From assembly GCA_965228895.1 (NCBI GenBank), contig OZ245842.1, forward strand, positions 2,240,001 through 2,304,000: a stretch of DNA of 64,000 nucleotides. Direction: 5' to 3'. Position 1 is the first letter of the stretch. Every line of letters begins with the position of its first letter. The position numbers were made by a program, and so were the translations under genes. The notes under the pieces are model-generated. The model was not told where the DNA came from. It made no database searches and saw nothing but the letters and a program-made list of their open reading frames with translations. This DNA is from Alphaproteobacteria bacterium (GTDB lineage: Bacteria > Pseudomonadota > Alphaproteobacteria > SP197). This document shows positions 1 through 11,650 of the stretch, piece by piece.

Positions 1-330
1 CTGCATGTGTGTTTTGCCATTGCGATCGTTGCCTTGGTGCTGCTTCAGCGCAGCGAGGGCGGCGGTTTGGGTCTTGGCGGCGGTGGTGGTGGCGGCGGTG
101 GCGCCGGTTCCATGGGCGGCCTTATGTCCTCGCGTGGCACGGCCAATCTTCTGACCCGCGCGACGGCGATCGTCGCGGCGTTGTTCTTCGCCACCAGCAT
201 GGCGCTCAGCATCTGGGTCGCCAACACCAGCGGACCGAGATCGATTGTCGACGACATCCCCGCATCGACCGCGACAACGGCGCCGGCGGATGACGACACC
301 GGTATGCCGAGCGTGCCCGTCGGCGAATGA
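1..330 (+). CDS. secG: Preprotein translocase subunit SecG (5'-partial)
   Basis: 'VLLQRSEGGGLG...RGTANLLTRATAIVAALFFATS' is the SecG signature with two TM segments. The frame is open from window position 1 and the gene lies upstream of pyrG, as is usual. Confidence 0.92.
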   Translation: MHVCFAIAIVALVLLQRSEGGGLGLGGGGGGGGGAGSMGGLMSSRGTANLLTRATAIVAALFFATSMALSIWVANTSGPRSIVDDIPASTATTAPADDDTGMPSVPVGE

Positions 331-425
331 TTTCGCTGGGCGCCTCTAAATCATCCACACATCATAGTCGACTTGCCTCCGAAGGCCTCTTGGGCATCGG
401 CATGCTTGTGGTAGGCTGATCGCCC

Positions 426-2054
426 ATGGCGCGGTACATATTTGTCACCGGCGGCGTGGTCTCTTCCCTTGGTAAGGGCCTGACAACGGCCGCATTAGGC
501 GCGTTGCTGCAAGCACGGGGTTACCGTGTGCGGCTGCGCAAGTTCGATCCCTATTTGAATGTCGATCCCGGCACCATGAGCCCGTATCAGCATGGTGAGG
601 TCTATGTGACCGACGATGGTGCGGAGACCGATCTGGACCTCGGCCATTACGAACGGTTCACCGGCGTGCCGGCGCGTCAGAGCGACACGGTGACCAGCGG
701 CAAGGTCTATTCCGACGTCATCATGCACGAGCGACGCGGCGACTATCTTGGCGGTACGGTCCAGGTCATCCCCCACGTCACCGACGCCATCAAGGATTAC
801 ATCGGCGCCCAGACCGATGACGCGGACTTCGTGCTGTGCGAGATCGGCGGCACCATCGGCGACATCGAAAGCCTGCCGTTTCTGGAAGCGATCCGGCAGT
901 TGGCACAGGAGTTGCCGCATCGCCATGCGATCTTCATTCACCACACCCTGGTGCCGTATTTGAAGGCAGCCGGCGAGCTGAAAACCAAACCGACCCAGCA
1001 TTCGGTCAAGGAAATGCGCTCGATCGGTCTGCAGCCGGATATCCTGGTTTGCCGCAGCGAGCATCCGATTCCCGACAGCGAGCGGCGCAAGATCGCGCGC
1101 TTTTGCAACGTCGCGGTTTCCGCCGTTATTCCGGCGCTCGACGTCGACACGATCTATCAGGTGCCGATCAGTTATCACGATGCCGGTCTGGATCGTGAAG
1201 TGCTGCAGGCCTTCGGCATCACCGACCAGCGCGGACCCGACCTTTCGTCATGGCGCCGTATTGTCAGCGACGTCCGCCAACCGGACGGCGAGGTCTCGAT
1301 CGCCGTGGTCGGCAAGTACACCGGTTTGAAGGATGCCTATAAGTCGCTCTCCGAAGCCTTGACCCATGGCGGCATCGCCAACCGGGTCTCGGTCAAGCTG
1401 ACCTGGATCGATTCGGAGATTTTCGAACAGGAAGACGCGGTTAGCCGGCTGGATGATGTCGACGGCATTTTGGTGCCCGGCGGTTTCGGCGAACGCGGCG
1501 CGGAAGGCAAGATCGCCGCCGCGACTTTCGCGCGTCAGCACAAGGTACCGTATTTCGGCATTTGTTTCGGCATGCAGATGGCGGTGATCGAGGCCGCGCG
1601 CAGCCTGGTTGGTTTGCCGGGCGCATCATCGACGGAGTTCGGGCCGTGCGAAGATGCGGTTGTCGGCCTGCTGACCGAGTGGTCGCGCGGCAATACAGTC
1701 GAGCGCCGTGAGGCCGATGGCGATATGGGCGGCACCATGCGGTTGGGCGCCTATGACTGCGACCTTGTTGCTGACACAAAGGTTGCCGATATCTACGGCC
1801 AAGGCCACATCTCCGAACGTCACCGGCACCGCTACGAGGTCAACATCAACTACCGCGACCGCCTGGAAAAAGCCGGCATGGTGTTCTCCGGCCTGTCGCC
1901 CGACGGGGCGCTGCCGGAAATCATCGAACTTGCGGATCATCCCTGGTTTGTCGGTGTCCAATTCCACCCGGAACTGAAATCCAAGCCGTTTGAGCCGCAT
2001 CCGCTGTTTGCCTCGTTCATCCAGGCCGCGGTCGAGCAATCAAGGCTGGTTTGA
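426..2054 (+). CDS. pyrG: CTP synthase
   Basis: '[15 protein letters not shown]', '[13 protein letters not shown]', 'KTKPTQHSV'; glutamine amidotransferase motifs 'GICFGMQ' and 'QFHPE'. Confidence 0.99.
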   Translation: MARYIFVTGGVVSSLGKGLTTAALGALLQARGYRVRLRKFDPYLNVDPGTMSPYQHGEVYVTDDGAETDLDLGHYERFTGVPARQSDTVTSGKVYSDVIMHERRGDYLGGTVQVIPHVTDAIKDYIGAQTDDADFVLCEIGGTIGDIESLPFLEAIRQLAQELPHRHAIFIHHTLVPYLKAAGELKTKPTQHSVKEMRSIGLQPDILVCRSEHPIPDSERRKIARFCNVAVSAVIPALDVDTIYQVPISYHDAGLDREVLQAFGITDQRGPDLSSWRRIVSDVRQPDGEVSIAVVGKYTGLKDAYKSLSEALTHGGIANRVSVKLTWIDSEIFEQEDAVSRLDDVDGILVPGGFGERGAEGKIAAATFARQHKVPYFGICFGMQMAVIEAARSLVGLPGASSTEFGPCEDAVVGLLTEWSRGNTVERREADGDMGGTMRLGAYDCDLVADTKVADIYGQGHISERHRHRYEVNINYRDRLEKAGMVFSGLSPDGALPEIIELADHPWFVGVQFHPELKSKPFEPHPLFASFIQAAVEQSRLV

Positions 2055-2056
2055 TC

Positions 2057-2896
2057 ATGACATCCAAACACGTCCAGATCGGCCCGGTCACCGTCGGCAA
2101 CGATCTCAGTCTCACCGTGATTGCCGGACCGTGCGCGATAGAAGGCCGCGACCATGCGCTCAAGACCGCGGAGCGGCTGGTCAGGATCACCGAACAGGCG
2201 GGTGTCGGTTTCATCTACAAAAGTTCGTTCGACAAGGCGAACCGCACGAGTATCGAAAGCGGACGCGGTATCGGTATCGAGGAGGGGCTCCGGATCCTGA
2301 CCGACGTGCGTGACACTCATGGCTGCCCGGTCTTGACGGATGTGCACGAGCGCGAGCAATGCACGGCCGTGGGCGAGGCGGTCGACGTCCTTCAGATCCC
2401 GGCGTTCTTGTGCCGCCAGACTGACCTTCTGGTCGCCGCCGGCAAAACCGGCAAGGCGGTCAATGTAAAGAAGGGCCAGTTCCTGGCGCCATGGGACATG
2501 AAACATGTGGCCGCCAAGGTCGCGGCGACTGGCAACGACAACATTATGTTGACCGAGCGTGGGGCGACGTTTGGTTACAACCTTCTGGTCTCCGACATGC
2601 GTTCGCTGCCGATCATGGCCGAGGAAGGTTATCCCGTTGTGTTCGATGCCACCCACTCGGTGATGCAGCCCGGTGGCCAGGGCGGCAAGAGCGGCGGCCA
2701 GCGTGAGTTTGTCCCGGTTCTGGCCCGTGCTGCGGTGGCGGTCGGTACCGCGGCGGTCTTCATGGAAACCCATGAAGATCCGGACAGCGCGCCCAGCGAT
2801 GGCCCCAACATGGTGCCGCTGGACGACATGCCGGAACTCTTGGCGACGCTTGTCGCCCTTGACGGCTTGGTGAAGAAACGGGCAAACACCGCCTGA
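2057..2896 (+). CDS. kdsA: 3-deoxy-8-phosphooctulonate (KDO8P) synthase
   Basis: 'IAGPCAIE', 'FDKANRTS', '[12 protein letters not shown]', 'KKGQF', 'DATHSV', 'SDGPN'. ATG at 2057, just after the pyrG stop. Confidence 0.98.
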   Translation: MTSKHVQIGPVTVGNDLSLTVIAGPCAIEGRDHALKTAERLVRITEQAGVGFIYKSSFDKANRTSIESGRGIGIEEGLRILTDVRDTHGCPVLTDVHEREQCTAVGEAVDVLQIPAFLCRQTDLLVAAGKTGKAVNVKKGQFLAPWDMKHVAAKVAATGNDNIMLTERGATFGYNLLVSDMRSLPIMAEEGYPVVFDATHSVMQPGGQGGKSGGQREFVPVLARAAVAVGTAAVFMETHEDPDSAPSDGPNMVPLDDMPELLATLVALDGLVKKRANTA

Positions 2897-4228
<1,332 letters not shown>

Positions 4229-4326
4229 CCGCTATTGCTGCCTTCCGGCATTCGGAAATCAGGCCAAATTGCTGATTTATAGCGTTTTTTCTTGACCTCT
4301 TCAGGTGCTGGTGATTCACTGCGCTC

Positions 4327-4644
4327 ATGGTTCGACTTCGCGAACGTTTGCGCCGCTCCGCTAAGCACCTGCCGGGTCTGGTTGGCATGTGCGCTGTCGT
4401 GTATTTCGGCTATCACGCGATCCAGGGCGATCGCGGCCTCCTGACCCTGATCAAGCTGGACAATCGGGTTGCCTCGGTGAGCCACCAGGTTGACGTTGTG
4501 AGGGACGAGCAAATGGGCCTGGCGCAGCGAGTTTCGCTGATGCGCCCGGCCAGTCTGGACCGCGACATGCTGGAAGAGCAGGTTCGTCTGGTCCTGAACT
4601 ATACCCATCCCAACGACGTCGTGATCCAGATCGACGAACGCTAA
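4327..4644 (+). CDS. ftsB: Septum formation initiator FtsB/DivIC family protein
   Basis: Single TM followed by 'YFGYHAIQGDRGL', a coiled coil and 'SLDRDMLEEQVR..L'; conserved position between eno and pdhA. Confidence 0.88.
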   Translation: MVRLRERLRRSAKHLPGLVGMCAVVYFGYHAIQGDRGLLTLIKLDNRVASVSHQVDVVRDEQMGLAQRVSLMRPASLDRDMLEEQVRLVLNYTHPNDVVIQIDER

Positions 4645-4799
4645 GCGGTGTTGGGAAAACCCCCTCGCGGGGGAAAAATCCTACCAGTTTCATGTTTTTG
4701 TGACGGTGCGGCGCTTGCAAGCGGGCAAACGGGTCCCTAATTTGCGTGCAAGCGATCGGCGCGTTTGATCGCGCCAGGCGCATTCATCTAGGGGGACGC

Positions 4800-5843
4800 A
4801 TGGCCCGCACGACAGCGAGCAAGAGCCGAGCCGGTGGACGCAAGGCCGCACCGGCTAAAGCAGCAGCCAGCCAGATTGCCGGTGAGGAGCTCCTGAACTG
4901 CTATCAGCAGATGTTGCTGGTGCGCCGTTTCGAGGAAAAAGTCGGCCAGATGTACGGCATGGGCCTGATCGGCGGCTTTTGCCATCTCTATATCGGCCAG
5001 GAAGCCGTCGTCGTCGGCATGGACCACGCCTGCCGGCCCGATGACGCTGTGATTACCAGTTACCGTTGCCACGCCCACGCGCTGATCCGCGGTGTCCCAG
5101 CCAAGGCCGTGATGGCCGAATTGACAGGCCGCGCCGCCGGTATCTCGAAAGGCAAGGGCGGTTCCATGCACATGTTCGACCGCGAACTCGGCTTTTATGG
5201 TGGCCACGGCATCGTCGCCGCCCAAGTGCCGATTGGTGCTGGCATCGCGTTTGCGATGAAGTATCGCGAACAGGATACGGTCTCACTCGACTATTTCGGC
5301 GAAGGCGCCGCCAACCAGGGACAGGTCTATGAGACCTTCAACATGGCGAGCCTTTGGAAACTGCCGGTCGTTTTTGTTGTCGAGAACAACCAATACGCCA
5401 TGGGCACGTCGATCGAACGATCGAAGGCCGGCACCGAACTCTACCGTCGCGGCGAGGCGTTCGGCATTCCCGGTATCGAAGTCGACGGCATGGATGTCGA
5501 GGCGGTGTGCCAGGCCGGTGCCGAGGCGATCGCCCATTGCCGTGCCGGCGAAGGGCCGATCCTGGTCGAGATGAAGACCTATCGCTACCGCGGCCATTCC
5601 ATGTCCGATCCGGCGAAGTACCGGTCCAAGGACGAGGTCAAGAAGATGCGTGCCGAGCACGATCCGATCGACCACATCCGCGCGGTCTTGATCGAACGTG
5701 GCGAAGCCGATGACGACAAGCTGAAAGAGATTGACCGCGAGGTGAAGTCGCAGGTCGCCGAGGCCGCCGAATTCGCCCAGAACGCGCCAGAGCCCGAACT
5801 CGAAGAACTCTACACCGACGTTTACGCCGGCGAAGCGGCCTAA
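4800..5843 (+). CDS. pdhA: Pyruvate dehydrogenase E1 alpha subunit
   Basis: 'GFCHLYIGQEA', 'GKGGSMHM', TPP-binding 'FGEGAANQGQ...ENN', 'TYRYRGHSMSDP'. ATG at 4800 follows a GGGGGA SD. Confidence 0.98.
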   Translation: MARTTASKSRAGGRKAAPAKAAASQIAGEELLNCYQQMLLVRRFEEKVGQMYGMGLIGGFCHLYIGQEAVVVGMDHACRPDDAVITSYRCHAHALIRGVPAKAVMAELTGRAAGISKGKGGSMHMFDRELGFYGGHGIVAAQVPIGAGIAFAMKYREQDTVSLDYFGEGAANQGQVYETFNMASLWKLPVVFVVENNQYAMGTSIERSKAGTELYRRGEAFGIPGIEVDGMDVEAVCQAGAEAIAHCRAGEGPILVEMKTYRYRGHSMSDPAKYRSKDEVKKMRAEHDPIDHIRAVLIERGEADDDKLKEIDREVKSQVAEAAEFAQNAPEPELEELYTDVYAGEAA

Positions 5844-5855
5844 GGGGGCAAGCAG

Positions 5856-6842
5856 ATGGTCGAGATTACCGTACGCGACGCCTTGCGCGATGCTATGGCT
5901 GAAGAGATGCGCCGCGATCCCGATGTCTTCCTGATCGGCGAGGAGGTTGCGGAGTATCAGGGCGCCTACAAGGTGAGCCAGGGTCTGCTCGAAGAGTTCG
6001 GCGCCCGCCGGGTTGTCGACACACCGATCACCGAGCACGGCTTTGCCGGCCTCAGCGTCGGCGCCGCGTTCGCCGGGCTCAGACCCATTACCGAGTTCAT
6101 GACCTTCAACTTCGCCATGCAGGCGATGGACCATCTGATCAACTCGGCGGCCAAGACGCTCTACATGTCGGCCGGCCAGATCAATGTGCCCATCGTGTTT
6201 CGCGGCCCCAACGGTGCTGCCGCGCGTGTCGCCGCACAGCATTCCCAGAATTACGCGAGTTGGTACAGCCATGTCCCCGGCTTGAAGGTTGTCGCGCCTT
6301 ACTCGGCAGAGGATGCCAAGGGCCTTTTGAAGTCGGCGATCCGTGACCCCAATCCTGTGGTCGTCCTTGAGAACGAATTGCTCTATGGCGAGACCTTCAC
6401 GCTGCCCGACGATGACGACTTTCTGGTGCCGATCGGCAAGGCCAAGATCGAGCGCGAAGGCAGCGACGTCACCATTGTCTCGTTCTCGATTGTTCTTGGA
6501 CGGGCGTTGCAGGCTGCCGAGGTTTTGGCTGGCGAAGGGATCGAGGCGGAGGTGATTAACCTCAGGAGCCTGCGCCCGATGGACACAGAGACGATCCTGA
6601 CGTCGCTCGCCAAGACCAACCGACTGGTGTGCGCCGAGGAGGGCTGGCCGCAATCCGGTGTCGGCGCGGAGGTCGCCGCGGTGTGTATGGAGCAGGGGTT
6701 CGACCTGTTGGATGCGCCGGTCAAGCGGGTCTGCGGCGTCGACGTGCCGTTGCCCTATGCCGCCAATCTCGAACATGCGGCGCAGCCGCAGGTCGAGACG
6801 ATTGTCGAGGCGGTCAAGGCCGTCTGTTACACCGATGCCTGA
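5856..6842 (+). CDS. pdhB: Pyruvate dehydrogenase E1 beta subunit (no lipoyl domain)
   Basis: '[13 protein letters not shown]', '[11 protein letters not shown]', '[11 protein letters not shown]', 'VAAQHSQ'. Confidence 0.98.
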   Translation: MVEITVRDALRDAMAEEMRRDPDVFLIGEEVAEYQGAYKVSQGLLEEFGARRVVDTPITEHGFAGLSVGAAFAGLRPITEFMTFNFAMQAMDHLINSAAKTLYMSAGQINVPIVFRGPNGAAARVAAQHSQNYASWYSHVPGLKVVAPYSAEDAKGLLKSAIRDPNPVVVLENELLYGETFTLPDDDDFLVPIGKAKIEREGSDVTIVSFSIVLGRALQAAEVLAGEGIEAEVINLRSLRPMDTETILTSLAKTNRLVCAEEGWPQSGVGAEVAAVCMEQGFDLLDAPVKRVCGVDVPLPYAANLEHAAQPQVETIVEAVKAVCYTDA

Positions 6843-6862
6843 GCGATGAAGGGGAAACCGAG

Positions 6863-8140
6863 ATGACCATCAACATCACCATGCCCCAGTTGTCGCCGAC
6901 CATGACCGACGGCACGCTCTCCAAGTGGCTCGTGAAGGAAGGCGATAGCGTCACATCCGGCGACGTGCTGGCGGAGATCGAAACCGACAAGGCGACGATG
7001 GAGGTCGAATCCATCGACGAAGGCACGGTCGGCAAGATCCTGGTTGCCGAAGGCACCGACAATGTGCCGGTCAACAACGTCATCGCGGTGTTGCTGGAAG
7101 AGGGCGAGGACGCCTCGGCGCTCGACGGTGTCGATACGGCAGCCGCCGCGCCGGCAGCGGTGCCGGCGGCTGAACCGGAAGCCGCGCCAGCCGAACCCAG
7201 CCAAGCCGAGGAGCCGGCCGCCGCTGCGCCTCAACCGATGGCGGCACCTGCGTCGGAAGATGGCGATCGGGTCAAGGCAAGTCCGTTGGCGCGCAGCATG
7301 GCCAAGCAGGCTGGTGTTGATCTGAGCCAGGTTACTGGCAGCGGCCCGCACGGCCGCATCGTCAAGCGCGATATCGAGGCCGCCTCCGCCGGCGGTGTCG
7401 CGGCCGCTGCGGCACCGGCCGCCGCGCCGATGGCAGCACCGATCATGGCGCCGGGTGCGGCTTATGAGGACGTCAAGCTCTCCAACATGCGCCGCGTCAT
7501 TGCCGAGCGCCTCCAGGAAGCCAAACAGACGATCCCGCATTTCTATCTGACGGTCGATTGTGAGCTCGACCGTCTGCTGGAACTGCGCAAGGAGCTGAAC
7601 AGTCGCTCCGACGACTACAAGCTCAGCGTCAACGACTTCGTCATCAAGGCGCTCGCTGTCGCGCTGCGCAAGGTGCCCGACGCCAACGCGGCGTGGGGCG
7701 GCGATGTGCTGCGCCGGTTCACCACCGTCGACGTTTCGGTTGCCGTGGCGATCGACGGCGGCCTGATCACGCCGATCATCCGTAACGCCGACGCGAAAGG
7801 GCTGGTCGATATCTCCGAGGAGATGAAGGAACTGGCCGGGCGGGCGCGCGAAGGCAAGCTGATGCCCGAGGAGTACCAGGGCGGTACCTTCAGCCTGTCC
7901 AATCTCGGCATGTACGGCATCAAGCAGTTCGATGCGGTGATCAACCCGCCGCAGGCCGGCATCATCGCGGTCGGCGCGGGCGAGCAACGGCCGGTCGTGA
8001 AAGACGGCGCGCTCAGCGTCGCGACCGTCATGAGCTGCACGCTGAGCTGCGATCACCGCGTCATCGACGGCGCGATCGGCGCGCGCTTGCTGACCGCGTT
8101 CAAGGGGTTGATCGAAGAACCGCTGACCATGCTTCTCTAA
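6863..8140 (+). CDS. pdhC: Dihydrolipoamide acetyltransferase (PDH E2)
   Basis: Lipoyl domain 'EIETDKATMEVE', E3-binding domain 'KASPLAR...GSGPHGRI', catalytic 'DHRVIDG'. ATG at 6863 follows an SD. Confidence 0.98.
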   Translation: MTINITMPQLSPTMTDGTLSKWLVKEGDSVTSGDVLAEIETDKATMEVESIDEGTVGKILVAEGTDNVPVNNVIAVLLEEGEDASALDGVDTAAAAPAAVPAAEPEAAPAEPSQAEEPAAAAPQPMAAPASEDGDRVKASPLARSMAKQAGVDLSQVTGSGPHGRIVKRDIEAASAGGVAAAAAPAAAPMAAPIMAPGAAYEDVKLSNMRRVIAERLQEAKQTIPHFYLTVDCELDRLLELRKELNSRSDDYKLSVNDFVIKALAVALRKVPDANAAWGGDVLRRFTTVDVSVAVAIDGGLITPIIRNADAKGLVDISEEMKELAGRAREGKLMPEEYQGGTFSLSNLGMYGIKQFDAVINPPQAGIIAVGAGEQRPVVKDGALSVATVMSCTLSCDHRVIDGAIGARLLTAFKGLIEEPLTMLL

Positions 8141-8151
8141 AGGAGAAACCG

Positions 8152-9555
8152 ATGGCCGATACCTCGTTCGATCTTGTCGTCGTCGGCGGCGGCCCTGGCG
8201 GCTATGTCGCCGCCATCCGCGCAGCTCAGCTCGGCATGAAGGTGGCGTGCGTGGAACGCGAGCATCTCGGCGGGATCTGCCTCAACTGGGGCTGCATTCC
8301 GACCAAGGCGTTGCTGCGCTCATCCGAGATTTTCCATCACCTGAACAATGCCGGCGATTTCGGTCTGACGGTCGGTGATGTCGGTTACGACGCCGGCAAG
8401 ATCGTCGAGCGCAGCCGTCAGGTTGCCGGGCGTCTCTCCAAGGGCGTTGGCTTCCTTCTAAAGAAGAATAAGGTCACGGTCTTCGACGGCGAGGGCAAAC
8501 TGGCCGGCAAGGGCAAACTGGCGGTCACCAAGGACGGCAAGGATGTCGCGACACTCGACGCCAAGAACATCATCCTGGCGACCGGCGCGCGCGCGCGTGA
8601 CCTGCCGGACATCAAGGCCGACGGCAAGCTGATCTGGTCTTACAAGGAAGCCATGGTGCCCGACGCCATGCCAAAATCGGTGCTGGTGATCGGCTCCGGC
8701 GCGATCGGCATCGAGTTCGCGAGTTTCTACCATGACATGGGCGCCGAGGTGACCGTGGTCGAGGTTGTCGACCGCATCCTGCCGGCTGAGGACGAGGAGA
8801 TTTCCGATCTCGCGCTGAAGGCCTTCCAGAAACAGGGGTTGACCATCCATACCGGCACCAAGGTCAAGGCCGCCAAGCCCGCCCAGAAATCCGTCGCCGT
8901 GACGTTCGAGACCAAGGACGGCAAGGAGCAAAAGCTCACCGTTGACCGTGTCGTGCTCGCCGTCGGCATCACCGGCAATGTCGAGGATATCGGTCTTGAA
9001 GGCACCAAGGTCGAGGTCGACCGCGGCCACATCGTCGTCGATGAGTGGCTGGCAACGGGCGAGCCCGGCGTCTACGCCATCGGCGACGTGGTCGGGCCGC
9101 CCTGGCTGGCGCACAAGGCGAGCCATGAGGGCGTCATCTGCGTCGAGAAGATCGCCGGCGTCGAGCACGTCCAGCCGATGATCAAGACCAACATCCCCGG
9201 CTGCACCTATTGCCGGCCCCAGGTCGCCAGTGTCGGCCTGACGGAAGCCGTGGCCAAGGAGCAGGGCCACAAACTGAAGGTCGGCCGCTTCCCGTTCATC
9301 GGTAACGGCAAGGCGATCGCGCTCGGTGACGACCAGGGTCTGGTCAAGACGATCTTCGATGCCGACACCGGCGAATTGCTGGGTGCCCATATGATCGGCG
9401 CCGAGGTGACCGAGCTGATCCAGGGGTTCTGCATCGCCAAAACGCTCGAAACGACCGAGGTGGAGCTGATGGAGACCATTTTCCCCCATCCCACGCTCTC
9501 GGAGATGATGCATGAGTCGGTCCTTGCGGCCTATGACCGGGTCATCCACATATAG
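8152..9555 (+). CDS. lpdA: Dihydrolipoyl dehydrogenase (E3)
   Basis: 'GGGPGGYVAA', redox disulfide 'GGICLNWGCIPTK', C-terminal 'HPTLSE'. Confidence 0.99.
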   Translation: MADTSFDLVVVGGGPGGYVAAIRAAQLGMKVACVEREHLGGICLNWGCIPTKALLRSSEIFHHLNNAGDFGLTVGDVGYDAGKIVERSRQVAGRLSKGVGFLLKKNKVTVFDGEGKLAGKGKLAVTKDGKDVATLDAKNIILATGARARDLPDIKADGKLIWSYKEAMVPDAMPKSVLVIGSGAIGIEFASFYHDMGAEVTVVEVVDRILPAEDEEISDLALKAFQKQGLTIHTGTKVKAAKPAQKSVAVTFETKDGKEQKLTVDRVVLAVGITGNVEDIGLEGTKVEVDRGHIVVDEWLATGEPGVYAIGDVVGPPWLAHKASHEGVICVEKIAGVEHVQPMIKTNIPGCTYCRPQVASVGLTEAVAKEQGHKLKVGRFPFIGNGKAIALGDDQGLVKTIFDADTGELLGAHMIGAEVTELIQGFCIAKTLETTEVELMETIFPHPTLSEMMHESVLAAYDRVIHI

Positions 9556-9594
9556 GCCCAGAGATTGCGTGCTCCGTAGAGAGGGAGCCGAACC

Positions 9595-10560
9595 ATGACC
9601 AAGATCGACCTTGTCGACCGCCCGGCGGAGGAAACGCCGCGTCCGCGTCATCCGGAAAAGGCCTGGAAACCGGCCAACCCGGTGCCGCGCAAGCCGTCAT
9701 GGATCCGGGTCAAGGCACCGACGTCGCCGGCCTTTAACGAGACCCGCAAGCTTATCCGCGAGAACGGCCTGACGACCGTGTGCGAGGAGGCGGCCTGCCC
9801 GAACATCGGCGAATGTTGGGCTAACCAGCATGCGACCGTGATGATCCTGGGCGACACCTGCACGCGCGCCTGCGCCTTCTGTAACGTCACCACCGGCAAA
9901 CCCTCGGCTGTCGACCAGGAAGAGCCGGCCAAGCTTGCCCGGGCGGTACAAGGGCTGGGTCTCAAACACGTCGTCATCACCTCGGTCGACCGTGACGACC
10001 TGGCTGATGGCGGCGCCGACCAGTTTGTCCGTTGCATCCAGGCACTGCGGGAGGCGACGCCCGAGACGACGATTGAAATCCTGACGCCGGATTTCCTCCG
10101 CAAGGAAGGCGCGATCGAGGCGGTCGTGGCGGCACGCCCCGATGTCTACAACCACAATCTGGAGACGGTGCCGCGTCTCTATCACGACGTCAGACCGGGC
10201 TCGCGCTACTTCACCTCGCTCAACCTGCTGTGGCGAGTCAAGCAGAGTGACCCCACGATCTTCACCAAATCGGGCCTGATGGTGGGACTGGGCGAAAGCA
10301 AGGACGAGGTGCAGCAAGTCATGGACGATCTGCGCGAGGCCGATGTCGACTTCCTGACCATCGGCCAATATCTGCAACCGACGCCGCATCATCACGCGAT
10401 CGATCGCTTCTGGACGCCCGAGGAATTTGCCGAGCTTGAGAAGATCGCCTATGCAAAAGGCTTCCTCATGGTGTCGGCAAGCCCGTTGACCCGCTCGTCC
10501 TATCATGCCGATGCTGACTTCGCGCAAATGCGCGACAATCGGATGAAAGCGCACGCCTGA
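9595..10560 (+). CDS. lipA: Lipoyl synthase
   Basis: CX4CX5C '[12 protein letters not shown]', radical-SAM motif 'CTRACAFC', C-terminal 'RSSYHA'. Confidence 0.99.
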   Translation: MTKIDLVDRPAEETPRPRHPEKAWKPANPVPRKPSWIRVKAPTSPAFNETRKLIRENGLTTVCEEAACPNIGECWANQHATVMILGDTCTRACAFCNVTTGKPSAVDQEEPAKLARAVQGLGLKHVVITSVDRDDLADGGADQFVRCIQALREATPETTIEILTPDFLRKEGAIEAVVAARPDVYNHNLETVPRLYHDVRPGSRYFTSLNLLWRVKQSDPTIFTKSGLMVGLGESKDEVQQVMDDLREADVDFLTIGQYLQPTPHHHAIDRFWTPEEFAELEKIAYAKGFLMVSASPLTRSSYHADADFAQMRDNRMKAHA

Positions 10561-11045
10561 TGCCGACGCATGCCGAACAGCGGCCGCTGCCTTACACGCC
10601 CGAGCAAATGTTCGAACTGGTTGGTGCCGTCGAGCGCTATCCGGAGTTCTTGCCCTGGTGCACGGCAACCCGCATCAAGCGGCGCGAAGAGAACATCTTG
10701 TGGGCCGATCTCGCGGTCGGCTTCAAGGTGTTCCGCGAGACCTTCACGTCGAAGGTGACCTTGGAGCGTCCGGATAGCATCCATGTCGAATACCTCGATG
10801 GACCATTTCGATATCTGAACAACCACTGGAAGTTTCTGCGCCAACCCGACGGATCGACCGTTGTCGACTTCTATGTCGACTTTGAATTCCGTTCGCGGAT
10901 CCTGCGAAAAGCGATCGGGGTTTTGTTCGAGGAGGCGGTCAGGCGTATGGTCGCGGCCTTCGAGAACCGTGCGGAGCAGCTTTACGGCACCGATACCGCG
11001 GCAAACCAGGCCGTCGCCGAAACGCTGCAATCCAGTTCAAGTTGA
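10560..11045 (+). CDS. ratA: RatA/Coq10-like START (SRPBCC) domain protein
   Basis: 'LPYTPEQMFELV..VERYPEFLPWC', 'GPFRYLNNHWKF', 'FEFRSRIL', 'MVAAFENRA'; usual position after lipA. Confidence 0.9.
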   Translation: MPTHAEQRPLPYTPEQMFELVGAVERYPEFLPWCTATRIKRREENILWADLAVGFKVFRETFTSKVTLERPDSIHVEYLDGPFRYLNNHWKFLRQPDGSTVVDFYVDFEFRSRILRKAIGVLFEEAVRRMVAAFENRAEQLYGTDTAANQAVAETLQSSSS

Positions 11046-11059
11046 TCATGGGGTCGTCG

Positions 11060-11650
11060 ATGCCGAAACGAACCGTTGATGTGCCCGCCTATGCGGGCGC
11101 ATGGATCAATGTCGCGGAAGGCGAGGTCGTTCGCCTGATCGATATCGAAGGATGCCAGATCGGCGATCTCTTCGCCGTCGCGACCGCTGATCACAACGAG
11201 TTTTTGAGTCCCTCAGTCACGCGCCTTAACAACGGCAACATCTTTCCCCGGCTCGGAGAGTCGTTCTTTTCATCCGCCGACCGGCCGATCCTGACATTTC
11301 TGGAGGATACGTCGCCCGGTCAGCACGACATGCTCTACGCGTCTTGTAATGACGCGTGGTACCGAAGCCGGGGCATGCCGGACCATAGGAACTGCCGCGA
11401 CAACTATTTCGCCGCGGCGCGCGATGCCGGCATCAACCACGCGATCCAACCCGATCCCGTCAACATCTTCCAGAACACGCCGCCGAAACCGGACGGTTCG
11501 TTCTTTGTCGGCGTAACGCTGAGCGGGCCCGGCGACCATGTAACACTGCGGGCCGAACTCGACTGCATTGTCATTGTCACGGCCTGCTCGTCGGACCGGA
11601 TCCTCGGCGGCAAATCGACGCCGATGCGCCTTGAGGTCTACGACAGTTAG
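11060..11650 (+). CDS. DUF1989 / urea-carboxylase-associated family protein
   Basis: 'RLIDIEGCQIGDLFA', 'HDMLYASC', 'HRNCRDN', 'PDPVNIFQN', 'TLRAELDCIVIVTACS'. Start could be 11048 or 11060. Confidence 0.85.
   Translation: MPKRTVDVPAYAGAWINVAEGEVVRLIDIEGCQIGDLFAVATADHNEFLSPSVTRLNNGNIFPRLGESFFSSADRPILTFLEDTSPGQHDMLYASCNDAWYRSRGMPDHRNCRDNYFAAARDAGINHAIQPDPVNIFQNTPPKPDGSFFVGVTLSGPGDHVTLRAELDCIVIVTACSSDRILGGKSTPMRLEVYDS

Noticed and set aside
10560-11650. ratA plus the downstream gene as a toxin-antitoxin pair
   Set aside because: RatA/Coq10 homologs after lipA are best explained as quinone-binding START proteins, and the neighbour is DUF1989, not RatB/RnfH.
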